From an uncultured Planctomycetota bacterium (GTDB taxonomy: Bacteria > Planctomycetota > Planctomycetia > Isosphaerales > Isosphaeraceae): DNA of 64,000 nucleotides. Of the stretch, positions 19,570-31,534 are shown piece by piece. The translations under genes and the position numbers were made by a program. The notes beneath the pieces were generated by a model. It worked only from the letters and a program-made list of their open reading frames with translations. It had not been told where the DNA came from and searched no databases. The stretch is from assembly GCA_963823665.1 (NCBI GenBank), contig CAWGMQ010000011.1:160001-224000 (forward strand). The letters are read 5' to 3'. Position 1 is the stretch's first letter; the number at the start of each line of letters is the position of its first letter.

Positions 19570-21252
19570 TCAGGAAGCATGCTCGAGGGCTGCTTGAAGC
19601 TCTGCCTTTTGCTCACGTTCCAGGTTGATTTCACGCTCCGGTGTGTGCAGGATGAGCGGGCCCCAAAGCGGCATCATGACTCCGATCGCAAGCACGACGA
19701 ACACCACGACCGGAGCTGTCATTGGCAGGCTGAGACCGTCGAACGTGGTGCGGACGAGCGGCGCCACCAGAAGCAATGCCGGAATCGCGCCGAGCAAATT
19801 CGCGGCCGATGCCATGGGTGAGCACGGCGGGCAGCGGCCGGCGATGGCCAGACCGAGCAAGCTGCCCAGAGCCGGCCATACGAAGAGGTAGCTCGCGCCG
19901 GGAACCCAGATCGCGGTGGCCAGCGACAAGCCGACCCACCAGGACAAGGCGCCCAGGATCAGCCCTTTGAGTGGCTGCGAACTGACCCACCAGCGTGTCC
20001 AAAGGGCGGTGATCGCCGCGGCAATGAGGGCGAAGGCGGTCATGATCAAGACGTCATATTTCAGCCAGGGAATGGTTGCGGTGTGCAGGAGCTCGCGGAG
20101 AATGTTCGCGCACAGACCCAGCAAGCACAGAACGCCTACGGCCAGGAGCGACGCTATGATCTCGCAGGGAAACAGAAGGGTCGCAGAGATCAGGTCGCCC
20201 AGATCGATCTCGGCCGTTCGGAGCGCGCGGATGACCAGCGTGAGGTAGATACCTGAAGCAACCAGTGCCAGAGGTAGAACCCACGTCTTCGAGTAGGACA
20301 GGACGTAGCGGTTGAGGACGGAGGTGTAGATCACGTCATCTTGTCGTGGCTTATCGAGGTCGAGACGGCCGAAATGAAGGGTTGCCGCGAGCGCGTTTTC
20401 GCCATGATGCTGCAAGGTGCGCTGGTCGAGGTTTTCGGGTGTATCTTCGGGCGTATGATAGTAGGCCAGCCCGGAGCCGAAGGCGAAATTGAGGCCGCCC
20501 ATTCCCGCGTTCTTGAAGATGGTCATGTCGGAGTTATTGGGCATGATCTTGTAGACATCCATGCTCAACGAGGTGGCCAGCGGTTGCTGTATGGCTTCTG
20601 CGTACTGACTGATCAGCCATCCGTTCGAGTCGCTGGTCTCGAACATGACCGACGGGCCGGAGTTGCCGCGTGCGTCAAAATTGAGTGCGAGGCCGATCTC
20701 CCTGGACCAGGGATGCTCGTTTGCGAAAAGGTGGGCGCCCAGCAGGCCGCTCTCTTCGCCGTCGGTGAAGAGCACGATCAAATCACGCTCGAGCGGTGGG
20801 GCGGCCTTCAAGGCTCGGAGCGTTTCGAGCACGACGGCCACGCCGGCCGCGTTGTCGGAGGCGCCCGGGCCTTCGGGGACTGAATCGTAATGCGCGCAGA
20901 GCATCAGGGCCTTCTTACCCGAGGGCCCCTGCCCTTTGATTCGCGCGAGGATGTTCTGCGGCGCGGGCTGGTCGTGCCCGGCGGTCGATTGGACTTCGGC
21001 GGCGAGTCCGATTTCTTCGAGGAGCCGGATGATCGTTTTGCGCACGCGCTCGGATTCTGCGGAACCCATTGGATGAGGGGCACGGGCGATTGCTTCGACA
21101 TGTTTCTGTGCGCGCCCCGCGGCGAAGCGGTCGGCGGCAGCATGCGCAGGGAGCGGCGGCGGGGGATTCTGTGCGTGAATTGCTAACCAGGCGACCATGA
21201 CGGCTGCCAGCGCGGCAACCCAGGCCGGCCAACGACGATCAGCCACATTCAC
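19570..21252 (-). CDS. M28 family metallopeptidase with C-terminal transmembrane helices
   Basis: AHYDSV, GASDNAAG, DGEESGLLGA, YHTPED motifs; hydrophobic C-terminal half. Confidence 0.85.
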   Translation of the reverse strand: MNVADRRWPAWVAALAAVMVAWLAIHAQNPPPPLPAHAAADRFAAGRAQKHVEAIARAPHPMGSAESERVRKTIIRLLEEIGLAAEVQSTAGHDQPAPQNILARIKGQGPSGKKALMLCAHYDSVPEGPGASDNAAGVAVVLETLRALKAAPPLERDLIVLFTDGEESGLLGAHLFANEHPWSREIGLALNFDARGNSGPSVMFETSDSNGWLISQYAEAIQQPLATSLSMDVYKIMPNNSDMTIFKNAGMGGLNFAFGSGLAYYHTPEDTPENLDQRTLQHHGENALAATLHFGRLDLDKPRQDDVIYTSVLNRYVLSYSKTWVLPLALVASGIYLTLVIRALRTAEIDLGDLISATLLFPCEIIASLLAVGVLCLLGLCANILRELLHTATIPWLKYDVLIMTAFALIAAAITALWTRWWVSSQPLKGLILGALSWWVGLSLATAIWVPGASYLFVWPALGSLLGLAIAGRCPPCSPMASAANLLGAIPALLLVAPLVRTTFDGLSLPMTAPVVVFVVLAIGVMMPLWGPLILHTPEREINLEREQKAELQAALEHAS

Positions 21253-21378
21253 CCCCTTCTGCGCCGCTACCGTGCATCCCGGTCAAACTTGAAGTTCAGG
21301 CTTATCCCACGAAATGGTATGTTCAGGCAAACCATCATCGTCGATCGAGGGAATGTGAGCAAGTTCAGGGAGGGTTTG

Positions 21379-22347
21379 ATGTCTTCGGGTTCTTTCTGGC
21401 TCAAACATCGGCGACGGATTAGACGATGGGTTGTCTTTCTTCTGGTGAGCGCCACCGTGTGGCTGCTTGTTTCGTCGGCGGTGGTCTACAAGCTGACCAG
21501 GCGCCGCGGGCACCGCTCTCCTGAGCCGGTTCCGCAGGTAACCTGGGGTGCAATCGAAACCCAGCGGTTGAAGACGAGCGACGGAGAGGAGCTGGGCGCG
21601 TGGTTTGTTGAAGGGCGTGAGCATGCTCCCAGCGTGCTGCTGCTCCACGGGAACAACGCCAACCGGGGCAACACGCTCAGTCGTGGCAAGCTGCTGGTCT
21701 CCCATGGGTATGCCGTGTTGATGCTCACTTTGCGGGCGCACGGGGATTCGACCGGGGAGTATCACGACATCGGTTGGAGGGCTCGTCAGGATGTCTGGGC
21801 CGCTGTCGAGTTTCTGGAGCAGCGGCGGCCTGGCCGGCCGGTCATCGTCAGCGGCAACTCGATGGGCTCGGCCGCCGCGATCTTCGCCGCGAAAGAACTG
21901 GGCACGCGGGTGCAGGGCTACATTCTGGAAAGTCCGTACCAAGATCTGAAGGTTGCGGTCTGGAATCGCGTGGATATCGCATTGCCGCCGGGTCTGAGCC
22001 ATGTCGCCTATGCAGGCCTGAGGACAGTCGGACCTCTGTTCCTACCTCATCTCGACCAGATTTCCCCGGTCAACGAGATCAGCGGAATACCGGAGGATGT
22101 GCCCGTCTTGATCCTGGCCGGTGACGCCGATCGCCATGCGCGACTACACGAGGCGCGGGCGATCCTGGCCAAAGTCGCGTCGCACGGGAATTTGGTTGTC
22201 TTTGCCGGGGCCCCTCACGGCGACCTGTTTCATTCCAACCGGGATCTTTACGAGCGGACGGTGCTGGATTTTTGCCGTGAGATCAACGAGCCGGCGAAGC
22301 TGGGCTCATCGGTCATGACGCTCAAGCCCGGCGACGGTGAACAATGA
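21379..22347 (+). CDS. Membrane-anchored alpha/beta hydrolase
   Basis: N-terminal TM; LLLHG, GNSMG nucleophile, AGDAD, GAPHG. Confidence 0.8.
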   Translation: MSSGSFWLKHRRRIRRWVVFLLVSATVWLLVSSAVVYKLTRRRGHRSPEPVPQVTWGAIETQRLKTSDGEELGAWFVEGREHAPSVLLLHGNNANRGNTLSRGKLLVSHGYAVLMLTLRAHGDSTGEYHDIGWRARQDVWAAVEFLEQRRPGRPVIVSGNSMGSAAAIFAAKELGTRVQGYILESPYQDLKVAVWNRVDIALPPGLSHVAYAGLRTVGPLFLPHLDQISPVNEISGIPEDVPVLILAGDADRHARLHEARAILAKVASHGNLVVFAGAPHGDLFHSNRDLYERTVLDFCREINEPAKLGSSVMTLKPGDGEQ

Positions 22348-23255
22348 TGGTGGCACGGGCTTGTTGACCGAGTCCCACTTGAAGGAAAGCTCGTAAGTGT
22401 CGGCGCGCGAGCCCATGGTCAGCTCGTTGCGAAATTTTTTGGGAATCCATGTTCCGTGAATCTGTACCCAGACCATTTCGCTCACGTAGATGGGGAGTCC
22501 GGAGCGCGTGCTGACTTCGCAGCGAATCGGACCGAAGCCCCTCGAATCATCGATCCACACCGACCGTATCACGGCATTGTTCTGACCTGATGAAAGCGTC
22601 ATTCGGTAAATGTGGTCGGATTCCTTGGCGACTTCCTCGAGGCACGAGTCGGTCCAGGTCTTCAGGACCTGGTCGAAATTGAGCAACGTCGGGTCCTGGT
22701 TCCAGAACAGCAGTCCCAAGCTCCGGACGTCGAAGGGGGCAATTCCGTGAAGCGTGTTTGACGGTGCAGGCCCGTCAATCAGGACGAGCTCGGTGCGACC
22801 TGCTGTTTCCGACCGGCAGATCGTCCTCTCTGGCGTCATGATTAACTTGGCGGTGAAGCGGTCGCGCGCGTGCCCGGCACGGCGGGTAAGGCCACGGCCA
22901 GAGGCTCGGTTCTGTCAAATCGCCGCAGCCCTTTTTCGTGGTCGAACGCGCCGAAGATTTCAACGTCGCCCGCGCCGTGGGAACGATCTGCCCAATGATC
23001 GATAACGCGGCGGCCGGTGGCGACGAAAATGCCCCGCTCCAATTTCCTGCGGTTCTCGGTCATGCCGGTCCAGAGATACCGAGCGAGCTTCGCCGGATCC
23101 GGATCGGAAGCCGATGGGACTTGAACATCTTCGCCATCGCCCGCGTGTGTGATCGGTGAAACGATCACGAAAGACACCACGACGGTCAGCGCACGAAGGA
23201 AACGCTGACCGTGCTCGGGCCATACGGCGATGTGGACAGAGGCGGGATGTGTCAT
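22306..23255 (-). CDS. Hypothetical exported protein (frameshift ~22865)
   Basis: ORFs 22842..23255 and 22306..22839 join via ...DRFTAKLIMTPE; hydrophobic N-terminal segment. Confidence 0.5.
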
Positions 23256-23464
23256 TCGGGTCGACCTCCCTGCGCCGCCGGTTTTTGTGCGCTCGTTCTG
23301 CTCGGGGCCAACGATCCATTATCCAGTGGTCGGGTTATCTGGTCCAGTGACTGAGGGAGACGTCCGTGCAAATCGCATGCCTTGTGGCAGGGCCGCGCGG
23401 CGGATAGTCTCAACCAAGCGGGTCCTTGCAAACTTCGTTGACCGGTTCTCGAAGGAGGCGGAGG

Positions 23465-26400
23465 ATGACTGGCCGAAAGACTTGGGACGCCCGAGAATCG
23501 CTCGCAACGACGGCTGCGCTGCTGGTTCTTGTTGGTTGCGCGTGTTGCGGGAACGCGTGGGCTTTTGAGCAGGCGGCGGACGGAATCAGTGGCCGCGTCG
23601 TCGACGCCTCGGGCGCGGTTGTGGCGGCGGCGAAGGTCTGGGTGATCGGCGGTTCGTGGGAGGAGCCTGAGGCGGTTGCGGAGACGAGCGCAGATGGCCA
23701 GGGGGCATTTTCCTTCCCGAGTGTCTGGAAAGAGCTGAATCGCTCGGGCGGTCGCAAACGCCTCGGGCACTCATATAGCCTGGCCGCGCGAGATGGCCGC
23801 GGACGTGTCGGCTGGATCACTTCCGTTGGCAGCGGAATGGAAACGCCGCACAAGATCTCGCTGGTCGAGCCCGGCGAGGCCCGAGGGCGCGTGGTTGACA
23901 CGGCCGGCAAGCCGGTCGCGGGCGCCGAGATCGTGCCGGCGATGTTTGTCCGGTCGCACGAGAGGCGCGCTGGGAATGACTATGTTCGCCTCACGGCTGC
24001 CCTTGCAAAGCCGCTCGCCACGACGACCGCGGCGGACGGTTCGTTCACGCTGCGAGGGATTCCGGCGGGCTGCGATGTGCAGGCGAACGTCACACGCGGT
24101 GGGTTTGGCTCGCCGCGGGTGTCGTGGGATTCGACCAAGCCGGTGACGATCACCCTCGACGGCCGCGTGGGCAGAATCAACGGCCGGCTCGTGACTCCCG
24201 ACGGCAAGGGTTTATCGTCCAGCCTCGCACTGAGTATCCGGCGCAATCAGCCAGCCGATGAGCCGACGGGAAGACCCTTTATCCTGCTGTATTTCAAGAG
24301 CGTGAGCGTCCAGGGCGACGGCCAGTTTCGATTCAATGAGCTGCCGCCGGGCCACTATGCGATCCAACTCGAATCGGCCCCGGATTGTGGATTCGCGGCC
24401 GACACCATTCACGACGTCGAGGTTGGCCCGGGTGCGTCCGTTGGGGACGTGAAGATTGCGCTTCGGCGCCTCGTTGCAATCACCGGCCGTGTGGTCGACG
24501 CAACGAGCGGCGAGGGCGTCGAAGCCGTCTGGGTGAACGCGTCGATCAATTCCGGCGGCGCGATGGCCTATGGCGACAGCGATGTGACCGACGCCCGCGG
24601 ACGCTACACCGTTCACCTCGCGCCCGGGAAGCTCGTGATTCAGGCGACTTCGATACCGAGGAGCCATCTCGGGCTCAGCTACGAATCACTTCCGCAGCTC
24701 GACGTCGCGGGCGATCGGGAATGGCCCGACCTCAAGCTGAGTCGGGCGGTGGCGATCGATGGCGTCGTGGTCGACTCAGCCGGCAAGCTGGTGGAGGGGG
24801 CCGAGGTTCACGCGCTCAAGCAGAGTGCCATGGGGTTTGCGGACATTGGTCCTCCGGCAAAGACCGGGCCGGACGGAATGTTCCGGCTCGAGCAGCTCGA
24901 CCCGGATGACACGTTGCCCGTGCGAGCCCGGACGAAGGATGCGACGACCGACGGGGCGGTCGTGATCGAGCCCGGGAAGCAGTCGGGCAAGCTGACGCTC
25001 GTGATCGATCCGAAATACGCGGCCCGCGTGCACGGGGTGATTCGCGACCGCTCGGGCAAGCCTCTTGCCGGTGCCAAGGTCGGCCTGGGATGGGGCCGGA
25101 ACTACGTGAGCAGGAAGATCCGGTTCTCCGGCGTGGGCAGCTCGCTCGAAGGCTACGAGACCGACGGTGAAGGCCGGTTCACCTCGGCGGCGCTGTGGCC
25201 GGGCGATCGATACAAGGTGACCGCTCAAGCACCGGGCTACGGCAATGCCGAGTCACCCGAGATCACCGGCCGCGCGGGTGAAAACCACGATTTCGGCGCG
25301 ATCCGCCTGGTGGCGACGGGCGGCCGCGTCGTGGGGCGGGTTCTCGATACGGCCGGAAAGCCAGTGGCGGAAGCGACTGTCTTCAACCGCGGCGACGCAC
25401 CGGAGCCTCTGACGTCGCGGACGGATTCCGGCGGGAACTTCCAGCTTGAAGGATTCTTCGACGGCGGCAAATATGTATTTGCGCGAAAAGATGGTTATCG
25501 CTTCACCGGCATGAGGGTAGAGCGCGACTCGGGTGCGGTGACGATCAACTTGAGGCGATCGGATGAAACTCCTCCGCCGTGGGCAAGTGAACGGCGGGCC
25601 ACGCCCGAGGAAGAGAAAGCGCTTGTGAGGCGGGTGCTGACGAAAGTCTGGGAGCGCTACGGCGAGAACGCGAATAACAACGGTGCGTTTGAGTGCATGT
25701 TACAGATGGCCCGGATCGATGTGGCGCTTGCGCTCAAATGGTCTGCGGACACCGGCGGCCAGTACGACGACCGGGTGTACCAGGCAGCGGCCGAGAGCCA
25801 GGCGGAAACCGACGCAGAAAGTGCTCTCGGTCTGCTGAGGGCGCCCAAAGACGGATCGAGCGCGCACATCTTGCAGAAGCTCGCCGAGCGGTTTGCCGGC
25901 GACGATCGGGAGAAGTCGCTCAAGTTTGCCGAGGAGGCGGTGGTGCAGGCGCGCCTGATGCAGCAGCCAGACCGCACCGGTGCGATCGCCAGAGCCGGCG
26001 CGATGCTCGGCGCGACTCGGGCGCAAGGAGGCCGGGCTTGCTCTGCTCAACGAGGCTGCGGAAGCCGCCAAGCGGATGGGGCTCGAGGGGCGCGAGGCAT
26101 ACGCACGCGGCAACGTTGCCGCGGGGCTCGCGCCGTTCGACGTCGAGCGGGCGCTCGCACTCATCGAGCCGATGAAGAACGAGAACGACCGCGACCGCTA
26201 CCTGGGATTCATTGCCACGGCGCTGGCTCCGAGCGATCCCAAGCGAGCACTGGACGTCGCAGGGAAGATCGGCGACCGGTCGAGCACGCCGCAATCGGTG
26301 AAGGTGGCGATCGTTTACGCGCTTGGCCTGTCAGGACGCGCGGACGAGGCGATCAAAGTGATCGAAGGAATGAAGCCGCATTACGCGGCGGAGAAGTACC

Positions 26401-27005
26401 AGAGCGAGGCGTATGCGTGGCTCGCGATGGCTGTGGCCCCTCGCGACAAGGCGCGGGCGGCGATGCTCATCGAGAGGGCACTCAACCTGCCGGTCGATCA
26501 CTCGCAAGAATTCCGCGGTTGGGTCTATTTCGGCGGCGGTGCGGGCGAGGCCGCCTGGACGTCGGCGTGCGCGAAGCGGGCGGGGTACGACGACATGGCC
26601 TCTGCGGTCTTCCGCGTGCTGGCGGCGCGGCCATCGGACCGGAACGGCGATCCGTCGACGGAGGTGGAATGTCAGACCAATGCGGCGGCGATCCTGGCGC
26701 TCACCGACCCGAAGGCGGCGAGCCAGATGCTGCGCGACCTGGAGCTGCGGTGGGGCCAGCGGCTGGGAGAGCTGGGGCGGCTTGCAGGCCGGCGCTGGCT
26801 CATGGCCTGGGCGTTGGCCGATCCATCGCACGCCGAGCAGCTTTTCGAGGCCGAGCTGGCCGCGCTCGAGAGCCGGCCCAACGCGAACGTGCAGTCGACC
26901 GGCATGTTCAAGATGGTTGAGATTCTGGTGCAGCCGCCCAAGCGCCGCGAGGAATTTCTCCGTCGAGAGATCAGCGCGACATGGTATCCGGGGATTGATG
27001 AGTGA
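23465..27005 (+). CDS. Large secreted protein with carboxypeptidase-regulatory-like beta-sandwich repeats and helical C-terminal region (frameshift ~26010)
   Basis: Signal peptide; repeated GRVVD..G.PVAGA.V and TD..G.F motifs; continues in ORF 25980..27005. Confidence 0.75.
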
Positions 27006-27041
27006 GCGCCTACGTCACTGCGTCAGCATTCCCGTTGAGGT

Positions 27042-28955
27042 TCACATGGTTTGAAGTTCGTTACATCGTTCACCCCACCAGGTTTGCCAGTGGTCTGGGT
27101 CGTTGTCCCAGGGCATTCCCGAGGCGCGACAGAGTGACCAGACGAGCTCGTCTTTTGGTAGGTTTCCGGGATCGCGGAGGAGGTCGATCAAGGAGTCGGC
27201 ACCGAGCGCGGCGCCTGCCCTGCTCCAGTCGCGGATTGCCTTGATGCGATCGCGAATGACGGGCAGGACGCGGTTGATCAGGGCGTCGCGGACCTGCGGC
27301 GCAGGGGGCTCGTCCGGTCCACGGCCCTGCTCCGTCACCCATTCGCGCCAGGAGTCGAGCAGTGAGCCGAAGCCGAAACCGAAGTGCTGGAAGAACGTCT
27401 CTTCGTGGCGGCGACTCGCCTGCTTGTCGTTCAGGAAAGCACGGAACGCGGCTTTGCGCGATTCGGGAGCTTCAGTGCCGGCGAGGAATTCGACGGTCGA
27501 CCATGTTTGATCGAGGAACTGCTCGGATCGCCACGCGCATTGTGGGTTTTTGGTTGGCAGGAGCAGCTTCCACATCTTTCTCGCCGACATCGCGAACAGG
27601 TCTTGCGAGAATTCGATTGCCTGGGCGCGGCCGGCGAGCATTCGCCGATTCAGGGCGATGAGATCGCTCCGGCGCCGGTCGGCCGCGAGGGCCCTGCTGA
27701 AGCCAACCTGGAGCCAAGGGGCCGAAAGCTGTCCGAAGACCTGCTCGATGAGCATCGAACAATAGAGCGACCCGGCGAGCAAGCGGGGATCGTCCAGATG
27801 GCCCGGCACCAAGCCCGTGCAGAGGGTAATGATGTTCCAGGGCCGCTGGAAGCAGACGCCGAGCTGTTTGGAGAAATCGAGGTGCGGAAAGAGGGTCTTG
27901 TAAAGCTTCGCGAGCGCGTCTCGGTCGTGAAAGCAAAGGATGCAAAGCGACGAGTCGGGGATGGTGATGTCGCCGACCATCGCGGTGAAGCGACGATGGG
28001 CCGCCGCGTTTTCCTTGCGCAGCATGGGCACGGGCTCGTCAGGCCCGGAATACCAGATCGTGGTCGAGCCATCCTTTACGATGGTGCCTTCCTCGCCCGC
28101 ACAGGCCCGCGCCGTGGCGAGGGCTGCTGACTCATCGAGGAGGCCGCTGAGACGTCTGTTACGTAGCAGCCAGACGATCAGCCCCCAAGCGTAGGCAAAG
28201 CCGGCGATCGATAACAGCCCGGCGAACCCGAGCCCAATCCAGTTGCGGGATTCGATCATTGAGCGAGCGAACACAAACAGGGCCGCGATACCAGCAATCG
28301 CCAGGATTCCTTGCGAGAGGACGACCGAGCGGCTGCCCTTGGATTGCTCATTCTTGAACTCGTCGCGCGTCAGCTTTCGGGCGCGGCAGTTCCGGCAGAT
28401 CGTCGGAGCACGCAACTCACCGGGAATCACGTTGCCGCAGCCCTCACAAATGCGGTCAACTGGCGCCTGCGCCGAGCGCAACGGGGTCTTTAAGAACCAG
28501 GCGATCGCGAGGCCCGAGACAAGGGCAAATGCGAGCGCAATCGCAAGCGACGCGAATCGGCGTGGTGCAAGCGGCTCGATATCACGCTGGACGGCGAACG
28601 CGAGCGCACCCATGACCGAGATAAAGAGCAAGACCGCGATGACGCAGAAGATCAAGCTCCTGCCGACAATTGCCTGGCGGATCGGGGCCTGGGGCTCGCC
28701 GCAATGCTGGCAGTGAATCGAAGGGTTGCTGCGAAACTCTGGCTGGAACCGTCGCCCGCACTCGGTGCAGGTCGGGCCCGCACGGTTGAAACGAAGAACG
28801 AGCCATAACACGAGCACGCCAGCCAGCAGCACGACGAGAATCTGCGGGTCGCGTGTGCCGCTGCCCGGGACGAAGATCGCCGCCAGCACGCCGCAGAAGA
28901 GGATGGCGGCGACCAGGTCTGCGAGGTGGAACTGGCGTGAAGAGCTTTCGGCCAT
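27042..28955 (-). CDS. Hypothetical membrane protein with two zinc-ribbon (CxxC...CxxC) loops
   Basis: ~6 TM segments; CTEC...CQHC and CEGC...CRNC; soluble C-terminal domain. Confidence 0.65.
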   Translation of the reverse strand: MAESSSRQFHLADLVAAILFCGVLAAIFVPGSGTRDPQILVVLLAGVLVLWLVLRFNRAGPTCTECGRRFQPEFRSNPSIHCQHCGEPQAPIRQAIVGRSLIFCVIAVLLFISVMGALAFAVQRDIEPLAPRRFASLAIALAFALVSGLAIAWFLKTPLRSAQAPVDRICEGCGNVIPGELRAPTICRNCRARKLTRDEFKNEQSKGSRSVVLSQGILAIAGIAALFVFARSMIESRNWIGLGFAGLLSIAGFAYAWGLIVWLLRNRRLSGLLDESAALATARACAGEEGTIVKDGSTTIWYSGPDEPVPMLRKENAAAHRRFTAMVGDITIPDSSLCILCFHDRDALAKLYKTLFPHLDFSKQLGVCFQRPWNIITLCTGLVPGHLDDPRLLAGSLYCSMLIEQVFGQLSAPWLQVGFSRALAADRRRSDLIALNRRMLAGRAQAIEFSQDLFAMSARKMWKLLLPTKNPQCAWRSEQFLDQTWSTVEFLAGTEAPESRKAAFRAFLNDKQASRRHEETFFQHFGFGFGSLLDSWREWVTEQGRGPDEPPAPQVRDALINRVLPVIRDRIKAIRDWSRAGAALGADSLIDLLRDPGNLPKDELVWSLCRASGMPWDNDPDHWQTWWGERCNELQTM

Positions 28956-29112
28956 GGCCGCTGTCTCACGGGTGCGGATCTCGGGGCGTCATCTCGATCG
29001 GCGGCTTGATTATATGCGAGACACCGGGCGGTGCTGTTAGAATGCGGTTGCCGCTGGCTCGGCGGATGTGCAGGGCACGATTCGTCCGCGTGAAACTCCG
29101 TGAGTAAGAGGG

Positions 29113-29577
29113 ATGACGCGAAAGAATGGTAAAACAGCTCGCCGCGCACAGCACGAGCCTCGCTCCGAAGTGGACGAAGCTCGCGAGTGGTTAGTGTCCC
29201 ACCGCGCGCTCAGCGAGGCGTTCATTCAGGCGGTTGATGAAACCCATCCTGCGATCTGGTTTCACAGAGTCATGCAGCTAGTGGCGGAGTCGATTGAGAA
29301 GGGGAATAGCAAGGCCATCGAACTTGGGTGCTTTTATATCTCCAACGATCCGAAGGCGCCGTTCGGGCGGATTTTGAAACGAAGGGTCATGAATGCCCTT
29401 CGGCGAAATGTCAATCAGATCCCGATTCGGTTCCATCAGGGGCTGATCGATGCGTATGCCAAGCTCAATGCTCTTCCCTATCCTCCGCAGGAGCTCAAGG
29501 ATCTTGGACGACTCGTGCGGGCTTTGAAGGTTGGCGATACGTCGCGCGACATCGGTTCACGTGGTGATCGTCGTTGA
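29113..29577 (+). CDS. Hypothetical protein
   Basis: 154-aa ORF with GAGGG RBS, filling the gap between neighbours. Confidence 0.55.
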   Translation: MTRKNGKTARRAQHEPRSEVDEAREWLVSHRALSEAFIQAVDETHPAIWFHRVMQLVAESIEKGNSKAIELGCFYISNDPKAPFGRILKRRVMNALRRNVNQIPIRFHQGLIDAYAKLNALPYPPQELKDLGRLVRALKVGDTSRDIGSRGDRR

Positions 29578-29614
29578 GTGCAATGGCGCGCATTGAGCGA
29601 ACAGGATTTCGACG

Positions 29615-30208
29615 ATGAAGTATCCATCGAATCTCGACCCGGTCTGGCGATCAAAGCGTTTCCGAATCGGGCTTGCGATCGGGGCGATCTTCGGGCTGGC
29701 GGCGGTGGCGCTTCGGCTGGAGGGGCATCGCTTCTGGTGCCGCTGCGGCCGGCTCACGCCGTGGTCTGGCGATATCCACAGCGCGCACAATTCGCAGCAC
29801 CTTGTCGACCCCTATAGTTTCACTCACCTCGAGCACGGCCTGCTTCTGTACGCATTGCTCCGACCGTTCGGGCGATGGCTCGGGCCGAGCAGCCGACTCA
29901 TCCTCGCCGTGGCGATTGAAGGGATGTGGGAGGCCATCGAGAACTTGCCGGTGGTGATCGAGCGGTATCGCCGGGCGACGATCGCCTTGGGCTACGTCGG
30001 GGACAGCGTGGTCAACTCGATGGGCGATATCGCCGCCTGCACGCTCGGTCTATTTCTCGCGCAGCGGCTGCCCGTGCGCTGGTCGGTCGCGCTGTTCGTC
30101 AGTATCGAGCTTGCCCTGCTGGCGATTCACCGCGACAACCTCACGCTCAACGTTTTGATGCTGGTCTTCCCGCTGGAATCGGTGAAGACCTGGCAGATGG
30201 GACGTTGA
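29615..30208 (+). CDS. DUF2585 (UPF0314) family membrane protein
   Basis: WCRCG...W.GDI.S.HNSQHLVDPYSFTH, WE.IEN, GY.GDS..NS.GD, RDNLTLN motifs. Confidence 0.85.
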   Translation: MKYPSNLDPVWRSKRFRIGLAIGAIFGLAAVALRLEGHRFWCRCGRLTPWSGDIHSAHNSQHLVDPYSFTHLEHGLLLYALLRPFGRWLGPSSRLILAVAIEGMWEAIENLPVVIERYRRATIALGYVGDSVVNSMGDIAACTLGLFLAQRLPVRWSVALFVSIELALLAIHRDNLTLNVLMLVFPLESVKTWQMGR

Positions 30209-30235
30209 GATGAGTGAGAACCTTCTTGAGGCATC

Positions 30236-31501
30236 CTACTTCTGCTTTGCCCCGGCGTCGTCGAGGATGGCGCGGACGTCGGTGTGATTCCACTTGCCGG
30301 TCTTGGCGGAGAACGCGTAGATGTGGCCATCGCTCTCGATGGTGACGGCGCCAGGTGAGACGGTCGGCGCGGCTCGGACGCCTGGCGGGAGCTCGGCGAC
30401 ATCCCAGCAGTCTGAATCGGCACCGTAGGCGTAGATGTTCCGGCCAATTGCGTAAACAGCGACTCCGGGGCCGACGATTGGCACCGCCTCGCCGTCGATC
30501 GGCTCGCGCAGATCCTGCGAGCGCCAGGTGCCGCTGGCCGTGTTGCCCACGGCGATCCGGGTGATCTTCGGTCCCTTCAGCATCAGTGCGACGAGGTCAC
30601 CCACGGTGATGGGCGTGACTTCGAGCGGGGCGTCCTTTGACCCGGACAGCTCGAGTGAGGCGGATTTCTTCGTGTCGACGTCGTGAAGCGTGATTCGGTC
30701 GCCCGCGGGAGAGATGACGACGATGGAGCTGCCCTGGCGGAAGTAGCGGGGTGGGCGCGCGTCGTGGGCCAGGGCTTGCCGGTGGGTATCGTCATGGGCG
30801 GCGGCGGCCGGCGTCTGGGCCTGGGCTGCTTTTTCCTTGCGGTCTTTGTCTGTGAAGGCGATTGACCGCAGCTTGGCGGGCGAAAGGATTAGCGAGCCGA
30901 AGTCGAGCTCGAGCGTGAAGTCGCCGGGAATGTGAACCATGCCGATGACTTCTTGATCTGTCGTGGTAATAACCTTGCCCCGGACGAGCATTGCAGTACC
31001 GGTTCGGCTGCCCGGGTCGGCCACCATCGCGAACCCGCCTATGGCACCTCCCATGCCGCCGCGGACCGCGCGCAGCGTCTGCCCTTTCTTGCGCATCTCG
31101 CGAACGACATCGGCTGCATCGGCAGCAGCGGCTTCTCCGTCGTTCTTCCGCTGGGCCTCGTCGCCGGCGGGGGGATTCACCTCATTCTGAGGTTTCAAGA
31201 ACCGGATCATCTTGATCTTGTGCGGTGTGATCACGTACTGGCCGAGCTCGGCGTCAACGATCACGGGCCTGGTCTCGATCTTGCCGCGCAAGACCTGGCC
31301 GCCCTCCATTTCGACGTTGGCGGATCGGGGGACGTCTGTGGAAAATGCTTGGGCAGCACGGGTGCCTTGCATCATGTTGCCCTGGCCGCCCATGCCGCCG
31401 CCCATGCCGCCGCCTACTCCACCCATGCCGCCGAACTGGGCGAAGCATGGGGACGATGCGAGCACTGCGGCGAGGGCCGCGAGCAATGTTGTTCGATTCA
31501 T
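30236..31501 (-). CDS. Hypothetical secreted protein with GGM-rich linkers
   Basis: Signal peptide MNRTTLLAALAAVLASSPCFA; AAGGAG RBS; beta-rich C-terminus. Confidence 0.65.
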   Translation of the reverse strand: MNRTTLLAALAAVLASSPCFAQFGGMGGVGGGMGGGMGGQGNMMQGTRAAQAFSTDVPRSANVEMEGGQVLRGKIETRPVIVDAELGQYVITPHKIKMIRFLKPQNEVNPPAGDEAQRKNDGEAAAADAADVVREMRKKGQTLRAVRGGMGGAIGGFAMVADPGSRTGTAMLVRGKVITTTDQEVIGMVHIPGDFTLELDFGSLILSPAKLRSIAFTDKDRKEKAAQAQTPAAAAHDDTHRQALAHDARPPRYFRQGSSIVVISPAGDRITLHDVDTKKSASLELSGSKDAPLEVTPITVGDLVALMLKGPKITRIAVGNTASGTWRSQDLREPIDGEAVPIVGPGVAVYAIGRNIYAYGADSDCWDVAELPPGVRAAPTVSPGAVTIESDGHIYAFSAKTGKWNHTDVRAILDDAGAKQK

Positions 31502-31534
31502 GGTGGGCTCCTTATGTATGGGCGACACGACGGC

